From assembly GCA_965662175.1 (NCBI GenBank), contig CBFIGT010000020.1, positions 1 through 27,319 of the forward strand: DNA of 27,319 nt, read 5' to 3'. The position numbers and the translations under genes were made by a program. Source of the DNA: Arcobacter sp. Lineage in GTDB: Bacteria > Campylobacterota > Campylobacteria > Campylobacterales > Arcobacteraceae. This document shows positions 10,004 to 17,304 of this stretch, in pieces. Positions within the stretch are counted from its first letter, which is position 1, and every line of letters starts with the position of its first letter. The notes beneath the pieces are model-generated. The model worked only from the letters and a program-made list of their open reading frames with translations. It ran no database searches and was not told the DNA's origin.

Positions 10004-10153
10004 ATAGAAAAAGGATTTGATAAGAATTAAGTAACAACTTGATTTGATTGAGATCCCAATCTCTATTGGCGAGGAATGATGGCATTGCAGAGCGTTTAGT
10101 AAGCCCTAGATGGTTGAATACTGTACTTGTCCATTCCCACTAATTTTTTCTAT
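10004..10153 (+). ncRNA. Candidate ~150-nt structured non-coding RNA, convergent with and overlapping the 3' end of the nuclease-like gene
   Basis: 10051-10140 is 41/90 G+C, far richer than the flanking intergenic DNA. Manual fold gives a terminal stem 10004-10012/10145-10153, hairpins 10024-10045 and 10046-10061, and a long irregular hairpin 10065-10144. Multiple G-U pairs favour the + strand. Confidence 0.65.
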
Positions 10154-10556
10154 ATGCAGTTATAATCCACGAAAAATCAGCCACAGGGTTGAGTACTAAT
10201 CTAAATTCTTTTTGATTTCCTAGTTTCATATAAACAATCAAATGCTGATTTGAAACCCCATCGTTTTCTAATTTTATTCCTCTAAAATATATTTCAAAGA
10301 TATTTATAATATCAATTGTTTCTAAATCACTACTTTTATAATGTCTTAATAAAATATGCATAAAACCTTTATTCTCATCACCTCTTGATAAGACTATTTC
10401 ATGTCCATTTTTTTCAAAAATGGCTTTTTCATTACTACCAAAGATAAAATCAATCATAATTTTTTGATGTGTTTTCCATTTTTTCTTTTTTTTAATAGAT
10501 TCAATTGTTTGTATTTCTTTTCGTAGTTTTTCAAGAAGGTTATTATATTTTGACAC
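10140..10556 (-). CDS. 138-aa hypothetical protein, putative BECR-fold (barnase/EndoU/colicin E5-D/RelE-like, PBECR-type) RNase
   Basis: GTG start. The motifs GDENKGFMHILLRH and C-terminal WIITAY resemble the G-x-x-H-I-x-x-x-H ... W-h-h-T-a-Y pattern I associate with PBECR-type domains. Basic N-terminal helix. The family call is from recall, not a search. Confidence 0.6.
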   Translation of the reverse strand: MSKYNNLLEKLRKEIQTIESIKKKKKWKTHQKIMIDFIFGSNEKAIFEKNGHEIVLSRGDENKGFMHILLRHYKSSDLETIDIINIFEIYFRGIKLENDGVSNQHLIVYMKLGNQKEFRLVLNPVADFSWIITAYRKN

Positions 10557-10585
10557 TATTTCTCTTTTCCCATTTATATTTTAAA

Positions 10586-10594
10586 ATTGTAGCA
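10586..10594 (-). promoter_or_regulatory. Extended -10 promoter for the nuclease-like gene
   Basis: The minus strand reads TGCTACAAT (TGnTACAAT) about 30 nt upstream of the GTG start. Confidence 0.65.
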
Positions 10595-10862
10595 AAAAAG
10601 CAATTTGGTACTTCTTTAATTAATATAATGTTGAATCATAAAAATGAGTAATTTGTTAGTCTTTTGTTTGATACAATATCTAAATATCAAATTAGGATAA
10701 ATAAATTATTATGAATACTTTTGAAAAACATGATTGGCTCTTTTTACATTTATAATTATTTGTTTTTAGTTAAAGTAAATCATTAAAATACCTAATCATA
10801 GAATAATTATAGTTTTCTATAGTTAGATAATTAAATTGACAGATCATGTTTAACCAGTATTT

Positions 10863-10887
10863 ACTACTATAAAATTGATTTATTTTT
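10863..10887 (+). repeat. 25-bp direct repeat, right copy
   Basis: ACTACTATAAAATTGATTTATTTTT, identical to 9678-9702; lies 13 nt beyond the marR stop codon. Confidence 0.85.
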
Positions 10888-10900
10888 ATAAACTATATTT

Positions 10901-11398
10901 TTAAATTTTCTCTTTTTCAGCAACAGAATAAAGGATTTTTTTAAATGCTTTTTCCAATATCTCTTTTTCTGTTTCATTTAAAACATCATAAAAATATTTA
11001 TCATTTTCTCCAAACTGTGGCATACACGCCAATGCTAACTCTCTACCTTTATCTTCAAGATAAATAAGTGAACTTCTTTTGTCTTCCTTGGAATCTTTTT
11101 TATAAATCAGTTTTTTTGATTCAAGTTTTTTTACAACTTTACTAATACCTCCTGAAGAAAAAACCATTCTATCCGAGATTTCAGCTGCGGTTATTCCATC
11201 ATTATGTACGTGCAGTGTTATTAACATATCTATTTCAGCTTGAGTTAAACCCTCTATTTCATAGATATGTTTTCCTCTAGCTTGTAACTTATTGCAAATA
11301 ATAGTCATAGGTACTGTTATTGTAGCAGTTCCTTTTATACCATTTTTTATATTCTCTTTTTCAAATGCATAAAACGCATCAAGTATTTTCTTTTTCAT
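10901..11398 (-). CDS. MarR-family transcriptional regulator
   Basis: GLTQAEIDML ... ITAAEISDRMVFSSGGISKVVKKLESKKLI ... EDKRSSLIYL winged-helix pattern with DxR motif; divergent from an efflux operon. Confidence 0.92.
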   Translation of the reverse strand: MKKKILDAFYAFEKENIKNGIKGTATITVPMTIICNKLQARGKHIYEIEGLTQAEIDMLITLHVHNDGITAAEISDRMVFSSGGISKVVKKLESKKLIYKKDSKEDKRSSLIYLEDKGRELALACMPQFGENDKYFYDVLNETEKEILEKAFKKILYSVAEKEKI

Positions 11399-11404
11399 AC
11401 TTAG

Positions 11405-11413
11405 ATTATATCA
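11405..11413 (-). promoter_or_regulatory. Extended -10 promoter of the marR-family gene (leaderless arrangement)
   Basis: The minus strand reads TGATATAAT-CTAAGT-ATG, with 6 nt between the -10 box and the start codon. Confidence 0.7.
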
Positions 11414-11437
11414 GAGTTTATTTAAAAATTTTTTAAA

Positions 11438-11511
11438 TAAAGCTTCCTAGGAAAGTATATTTTAAGAAAAATGATGTTACATTTCTAAATATACATTCCC
11501 AGGAAGCTAAA
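11438..11511. promoter_or_regulatory. Two inverted copies of a palindromic operator flanking the efflux promoter
   Basis: Cores TTCCTAGGAA (11444-11453) and TTCCCAGGAA (11496-11505). The reverse complement of 11438-11462 matches 11487-11511 at 22/25. Extended -10 TGTTACATT at 11475-11483 lies between them. Confidence 0.75.
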
Positions 11512-11525
11512 TATAAGGATAAAAA

Positions 11526-12755
11526 ATGATTAAGAAGTTAATATTGGGACTTTGTTTTCCAGTTTTACTTTTCAGTGAAAGTTTAAATGATTTAATAGAA
11601 CTATCATTAAAAAATAAAAATGTAATGGCCTCTCAAATAGATATTGAATCTATAGAAGAAGAGTATAAAAGTGTAAAAAAAGGATATTTACCAAGTGTAA
11701 GTGTAGGTGCTGGATATACAGATGTCTCACACGAAACAGCAGCACTTGCAAATAACTCTTTAAATACATATGTTGATGTATCATATAATCTTTATGATGG
11801 TGGAAAAAAAGATTTAACTTATAAATCTTATGAGTCTCAAATCGAAACTTCAAAAAAAGATTTAATCTCTTTAAAGAATGAAGTCTCTTTAAATGTAGTA
11901 GAGTACTATTTTAATTATTTAACTTATACATCTCAAAAAGAAGCAAAGTTAAAAGAGATAGAACAACTAAATGCTCAACATGAAAGACTTAATAAATTTC
12001 TTGAAGCAGGAACTACAACTATTGATGAAGTAGATAAAATAGTATCAAATATAGAGAGTGCAAATTTAGAACTTCATGAATTAGATTTAAATATAGAAAC
12101 AGTTTTACATGAATTAGAGTACATCACAGGTAAAAGAGTCTCTATAAATAAAGGCTCTTATATAGAGATATCTAATGATGAAGCTATTCAAAGAAATGAT
12201 ATAAAATCTTTAGAACACTCAATGCAAACAAAACTAATAACAGCACAAAATGTAAAAACAGCAGATAATCCACAAATTAATATTAGTAATACATATACAT
12301 ATTATGATTACAACTATAAAAATTCAACATATGCAAATTCAGCACTTGAGGACCAAAATATTCTTAGTGTTAATCTAAGTTGGAATATTTTTGACTTTGG
12401 TTCAACAAAAAGTGCATATAACTCAGCTTATAAATCTTTTTTAAGTGCAAAATCAAATTATGAGTATGAAAAAAATAAAGCTAATGTTGATTTAAGACTT
12501 GCCATGAAATCTTATGAAATAGCAAAACTTAAAATCAAATCAGCAAATGCAGGTCTTCGTGCTGCAATTAGTACTTATGATGTAACTAAAAATAAATATG
12601 AAAATGGTCTTGTAGATAATGTTAGTTTTTTAGAAGCCTTAAGCGATAAATCAGATGCCGAAAGTTCTTTGTATGCTGCAAAGAATAACTTAGAAATTAG
12701 TAAAGCTAATTTAATCTACCAAAAAGGGAAAAATGTATGGGAGTATGTAAAATGA
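11526..12755 (+). CDS. TolC-family outer membrane efflux protein
   Basis: Signal peptide, AAGGA RBS, and OEP repeat motifs (YLPSVS, YNLYDGG, SWNIFDFG, KYENGLV). Confidence 0.9.
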   Translation: MIKKLILGLCFPVLLFSESLNDLIELSLKNKNVMASQIDIESIEEEYKSVKKGYLPSVSVGAGYTDVSHETAALANNSLNTYVDVSYNLYDGGKKDLTYKSYESQIETSKKDLISLKNEVSLNVVEYYFNYLTYTSQKEAKLKEIEQLNAQHERLNKFLEAGTTTIDEVDKIVSNIESANLELHELDLNIETVLHELEYITGKRVSINKGSYIEISNDEAIQRNDIKSLEHSMQTKLITAQNVKTADNPQINISNTYTYYDYNYKNSTYANSALEDQNILSVNLSWNIFDFGSTKSAYNSAYKSFLSAKSNYEYEKNKANVDLRLAMKSYEIAKLKIKSANAGLRAAISTYDVTKNKYENGLVDNVSFLEALSDKSDAESSLYAAKNNLEISKANLIYQKGKNVWEYVK

Positions 12756-13825
12756 AAAATATATTAATGAGTGTTGTACTATTAACAAGTACACTACTGT
12801 TTGCAGAAGTTAAAGAAATTCCTGCAACAGCTGTAAAAGTGTTTAAGGTTACGGATAAAAGTGTAACAATAACAAAAAGATATCCAGCTACTATTAAAGC
12901 TTTAAAAAGTGTAAATATTATTGCAAGAGTTTCAGGTAATTTAGAAAAGAGATATTTTGAAGAGGGTTCTTTTGTAAAAAAAGGTCAAAATTTATATAAA
13001 ATTGAGCAAAGAACTTATCAGGCAAATATTGATTCAGCAAAAGCTACTTTAAATGCTGCAAAAGCATCATTAGTAAAAACAACAAGTGATTGGAATAGAT
13101 ATAAAAATCTTTATGAAAAAAAAGCAATTACAGCATCACAAAAAGATGAATACTACTATAACTACCAAAATGCTATTGCAAATGTAGAAAATGCCCAAGC
13201 TGCTTTAACAAATGCAAAAATACAATATGAATATACACAAATAAAAGCCCCTATGGATGGCATAGTTTCGTACACACAATTAAATGTTGGAAATTTTGTA
13301 AACGCAAATACAACACTTACAACAATTACAGAAGTTGATCCTATATATGCAGAGTTTTCAATACCTCAAACTGATATTGGACAATATTTATCTCAAATTA
13401 AATCAGATAATGTAAAGTTTTCTGTTAATTGTCATAACAAATGTCTTGAAGATGGTGTTTTAAAATATGTTTCACCAACTCTTGATTCTTCAAGTGATAC
13501 TCTACTTTTAAGAGCTCAATTTGATAATAAAAATGGTGAAGTAATCATTGGACAATTTACAAATATAAATATTTCAAATATCCCTATGAAAAATGTAAAA
13601 ACTATTCCAGAAGAAGCAATTATGCAAAATGGAACTAAAAGTGTAGTTTATGTTGTTGATGAAAATTCAAGTGCAAAAATTCATACAGTTGAACTAACAG
13701 GTGAAACTTCAGAAGATGGAGTTATTATAAAAAGTGATTTAAAAGTAGATGACAAAATCATTATTAGTAATATCTCAAAAATAAGACCAAACTCAAAGGT
13801 TCAAATAATAGAAGAGGGAAAATAG
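12752..13825 (+). CDS. RND efflux periplasmic adaptor (membrane fusion protein)
   Basis: IIARVSG, FEEGSFVKKGQNLYKI and YTQIKAPMDG motifs. The likely start is the ATG at 12752, overlapping the TolC TGA (ATGA) and preceded by GGAG, rather than 12737. Confidence 0.92.
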   Translation: MKNILMSVVLLTSTLLFAEVKEIPATAVKVFKVTDKSVTITKRYPATIKALKSVNIIARVSGNLEKRYFEEGSFVKKGQNLYKIEQRTYQANIDSAKATLNAAKASLVKTTSDWNRYKNLYEKKAITASQKDEYYYNYQNAIANVENAQAALTNAKIQYEYTQIKAPMDGIVSYTQLNVGNFVNANTTLTTITEVDPIYAEFSIPQTDIGQYLSQIKSDNVKFSVNCHNKCLEDGVLKYVSPTLDSSSDTLLLRAQFDNKNGEVIIGQFTNINISNIPMKNVKTIPEEAIMQNGTKSVVYVVDENSSAKIHTVELTGETSEDGVIIKSDLKVDDKIIISNISKIRPNSKVQIIEEGK

Positions 13826-13826
13826 A

Positions 13827-16800
13827 ATGATTTCTTCATATTTTATAAAAAAACCAGTATTTACATCAGTAATTTCTATTTTAATTTTTCTTGCTGGATT
13901 ATTGGCAATTAAAAATTTACCAGTGGAGTTATATCCTCAAGTATCACCTCCACAGGTTACTGTATCTACTTCATATCCAGGGGCTAGTGCTCAAACTATA
14001 GCTCAAACAGTTGTAGCTCCACTTGAAGAGAATTTAAATGGTGTTACAGATATGATTTATATGGAATCAACAACATCAGATGCGGGAACAGCCACTATAA
14101 ATATCTATTTTAAAGTTGGAACTGATACACAAGCAGCAAAAGTTAATGTTAATAATAAAGTACAAACAATACTTTCAACTCTTCCTTCAAGTGTACAAAG
14201 CCAAGGATTGAATGTAGATGAAAAATCTCCAAGTATTTTAAAAGTATATTCACTAATTTCTCCTGATAATTCAAAAGATACACTATTTTTATCAAACTAT
14301 GCAAAAAACAATATTGTTGATGAAATCAAGCGTATTGATGGTGTTGGTGGTGTGAGTATTTTTGGTGAAAAAGAGTATGCAATGAGAGTTTGGTTAGACC
14401 CTTCAAAACTACTAAACTATGATTTAACAGCAGCTGAAGTAATTACAAAAATTCAAGACCAAAATGAACAATACGCTGCAGGTAAATTTGCTGAAGAACC
14501 AACTGCTAGTAAACAGATGTTTACATATACTTTACAAACACCAGACAGATTTGAAAGTGTTGAACAGTTTTCAAATATCATTTTAAAAGCTGATGATACA
14601 GGTAGAAAAGTTTTATTAAAAGATGTATCAACAGTTGAATTAGGAGCAGCTTCATATTCAAGTAAAGCCTTATATAACGGGCAAAATGCCATTCCTTTTG
14701 GTATTTTTTTACAATCAGGAGCAAATGCACTTAATGTAGCAGAAGCGATTCAAGCAAAAATTGAAGAGCTTGAAAAAAATTTTCCAGCAGGTATTGAATA
14801 TAGAGTACCTTATGAAACTGTTTCATTTATTGATATATCTATTGATGAAGTGATAAATACTTTTGTTGAAGCGATGATTTTAGTAATGCTTATTATCTAT
14901 CTTTTTTTACAAAACTGGAGAGCAACACTTATTCCTCTTTTAGCTGTTCCTATTTCAGTTGTTGGGGCATTTGCAGGAATGTATGCTTTTGGATTTACTA
15001 TAAATCTTCTTACACTGTTTGGATTAGTTCTAGCCATTGGAATTGTTGTTGATGATGCCATTGTTGTAATTGAAAATGTTGAAAAACATATGAGTGATGG
15101 AATGAATCCAAAAGATGCAACTATGAAAGCTATGGAAGAGGTTTCAGGAGCATTGGTTGCTATTGTATTGGTTTTATGTGCTGTATTTGTTCCTGTTGCA
15201 TTTTTAGGTGGACTTACAGGAGTTATGTACCAGCAATTTGCTGTAACTATTGCTATTTCAGTTGTTATATCAGGATTTGTTGCTTTAACTTTAACACCAG
15301 CTCTTTGTGCACTTTTATTAAAACCAGTTCACAAAGAACCTATCTTTATCTTTAGATGGTTTAATAAAGCTTTTGATTCTTTAACAAATGCTTATGGAAA
15401 AATAGTAAAACTAGTAATCAAATTATCGCTTGTTTTCTTAGTAATTTACGCAGGTCTTGTTTTTGTTACTTACTCTGAGTTTGGAAAAATGAGTAGTGAA
15501 ATAGTACCAACAGAAGATCAAGGAAATGTAATGATACTTTCAAGTAATCCTTCTGGTTCTTCACTTTCAAGAACTGAAAAACTTGCAGATGAAATTTATC
15601 AAACAATTTCAAAAGATCCAAATGTTGAACAAATGATGCAAATTCCAGGTATGGACTTTTCAACTTTTACACAAAGATCAAACGCTATGATTACTTTTGT
15701 TGATATGAAAGATTGGAGCGAAAGAACCCAAGATAATCAACAAACGCCATATTTAGCAAATAAATATACAGGTCAGTTAATGCAAACAACAAGTGAGGGT
15801 TTTAGTTTTGCAATAGTACCTGGTGTAATTCCAGGTATGTCTTTAACAGGTGGTTTTGATATGTATGTTCAATCAAGAAATAGCACAGATATTAATACAC
15901 TTAATAATTATGTAAATCAAATAATCAAAAAAGCGAATGAAAACCCAAAACTTTCAGGGGTTAGAACAACACTTGATGTAAATACTCCAAAATATAAAAT
16001 GGAAGTAGATTATGAAAAAGCATTCTCAAAAGGTGTAAGTACAAGTGATATTTTTACAGCACTAAATGCAACACTATCAAATAAAAATGTAAATGATTTT
16101 ACTTTAAATGGTAAAAACTATGATGTTATTATTGAAGCATTACAAGAGTATAGAGAAGATCCTAATGGTTTAGATAAAGTATATGTAAGAGGTTCAGATA
16201 ATGAGCTTTTACCTGTATCATCATTTGTAACTGTTACTAAAACAACAGGTACAGATATTATAAATAGAATGAATATGTTTACATCTGCTAAAATCTCAGG
16301 TTCCCCAGCACCAGGAGTTAGCTCAACTGATGCATTAAATGAGATTGAAAAGATTTCAAAAGAGATTTTACCAAGTGATTATTCTGTAGCTTGGACAGGA
16401 ACTGCTTATCAAGAAAAAGAAGTAGCAAGTGATAGTACTATTGCTTTTATTGCTGGTATTGTTTTCCTTTATTTAATTTTATGTGCATTGTATGAAAGAT
16501 GGTTATTACCAATTACAATTATCTTTGCTGTTCCTTTTGCAGTTTTTGGTTCTATTGAAGCTACAGTTTTAAGAGGTTTATCAAATGATATCTATTTCCA
16601 AGTTGGACTTTTAGTGCTTATTGGACTTAGTGCAAAAAATGCTATTTTGATTGTAGAGTTTGCACTACATAAAAGAAAAGAGGGTTTAAGTATTAAAGAA
16701 GCTGCAATAGAAGCTGCAAAACTAAGACTTAGACCTATTATTATGACATCTTTAGCTTTTACTATTGGAGTTGTTCCTTTAGCAATATCTTCAGGTGCGG

Positions 16801-16958
16801 GAGCTGCAAGTAGACACTCTATTGGTACAGGAGTTATTGGTGGTATGTTAGCTGCAACTATTATAGCTATTGTGTTTATTCCTATGTTTTATTATGTAGT
16901 TGAAACTCTTACAAATAGTGATAAAAAATTAGCTAAAAAGGCTTTAGAAGAGAAATAA
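13827..16958 (+). CDS. HAE1-family RND efflux transporter (AcrB/CmeB-like)
   Basis: 1043 aa with GLVLAIGIVVDDAIVVIENV, ALTLTPAL, GLSAKNAILIVEFA and RLRPIIMTSLAF motifs. Confidence 0.96.
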   Translation: MISSYFIKKPVFTSVISILIFLAGLLAIKNLPVELYPQVSPPQVTVSTSYPGASAQTIAQTVVAPLEENLNGVTDMIYMESTTSDAGTATINIYFKVGTDTQAAKVNVNNKVQTILSTLPSSVQSQGLNVDEKSPSILKVYSLISPDNSKDTLFLSNYAKNNIVDEIKRIDGVGGVSIFGEKEYAMRVWLDPSKLLNYDLTAAEVITKIQDQNEQYAAGKFAEEPTASKQMFTYTLQTPDRFESVEQFSNIILKADDTGRKVLLKDVSTVELGAASYSSKALYNGQNAIPFGIFLQSGANALNVAEAIQAKIEELEKNFPAGIEYRVPYETVSFIDISIDEVINTFVEAMILVMLIIYLFLQNWRATLIPLLAVPISVVGAFAGMYAFGFTINLLTLFGLVLAIGIVVDDAIVVIENVEKHMSDGMNPKDATMKAMEEVSGALVAIVLVLCAVFVPVAFLGGLTGVMYQQFAVTIAISVVISGFVALTLTPALCALLLKPVHKEPIFIFRWFNKAFDSLTNAYGKIVKLVIKLSLVFLVIYAGLVFVTYSEFGKMSSEIVPTEDQGNVMILSSNPSGSSLSRTEKLADEIYQTISKDPNVEQMMQIPGMDFSTFTQRSNAMITFVDMKDWSERTQDNQQTPYLANKYTGQLMQTTSEGFSFAIVPGVIPGMSLTGGFDMYVQSRNSTDINTLNNYVNQIIKKANENPKLSGVRTTLDVNTPKYKMEVDYEKAFSKGVSTSDIFTALNATLSNKNVNDFTLNGKNYDVIIEALQEYREDPNGLDKVYVRGSDNELLPVSSFVTVTKTTGTDIINRMNMFTSAKISGSPAPGVSSTDALNEIEKISKEILPSDYSVAWTGTAYQEKEVASDSTIAFIAGIVFLYLILCALYERWLLPITIIFAVPFAVFGSIEATVLRGLSNDIYFQVGLLVLIGLSAKNAILIVEFALHKRKEGLSIKEAAIEAAKLRLRPIIMTSLAFTIGVVPLAISSGAGAASRHSIGTGVIGGMLAATIIAIVFIPMFYYVVETLTNSDKKLAKKALEEK

Positions 16959-16960
16959 AA

Positions 16961-17141
16961 ATGGTAAAAAAAGAGTTAGCAAAAAAGATTCTTGTTATGA
17001 TAGATTATAGGATATCCAAATTTTGATATATTTTCATCTTTTTGGCTTAAAAGTTATTTAGCAGCACTACCCTTTGCTTTAGTTTTTTCTCCTATTATGA
17101 CATTACTTATAAAGCCTAGAATAGAAAAGTTTTTAGCATAA
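16961..17141 (+). pseudogene. Frameshifted or internally deleted small membrane protein gene, DUF2798-like
   Basis: The ATG 16961 frame (MVKKELAKKILVMI...) stops at 17026. A second frame, 17004-17141, gives IIGYPNFDIFSSFWLKSYLAALPFALVFSPIMTLLIKPRIEKFLA*, whose W..S...A.P.A...P pattern recalls DUF2798. Confidence 0.55.
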
Positions 17142-17304
17142 AATAGAGCAAAATAAAAATTGGACTAACAGCTTTTTAAAATTGAGATATTATTCAAATA
17201 AGCTTCTTTAGTCTAATTGATATTTTATAACTAGTTAAAAACTATGATACTTTTATGATACTATTTATGGATATAATAAACAATTTTAAAAAAAAGTCAG
17301 AGTT

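Noticed and set aside
10479..10493. Poly-A run (Lys codons) in the nuclease-like gene as a phase-variation tract
   Set aside because: A8/A6 runs are common in DNA this AT-rich, the frame is intact, and no poly-G/C contingency tract was seen.
9671..10900. CRISPR array, IS element, integrase or retron in the islet
   Set aside because: No regularly spaced repeats, transposase, recombinase or reverse transcriptase motifs were found.
11526..12755. TolC as the dedicated T1SS channel of the adhesin
   Set aside because: It is translationally coupled to an RND adaptor and pump under MarR control, and no ABC transporter is present. Shared use cannot be excluded but has no support here.
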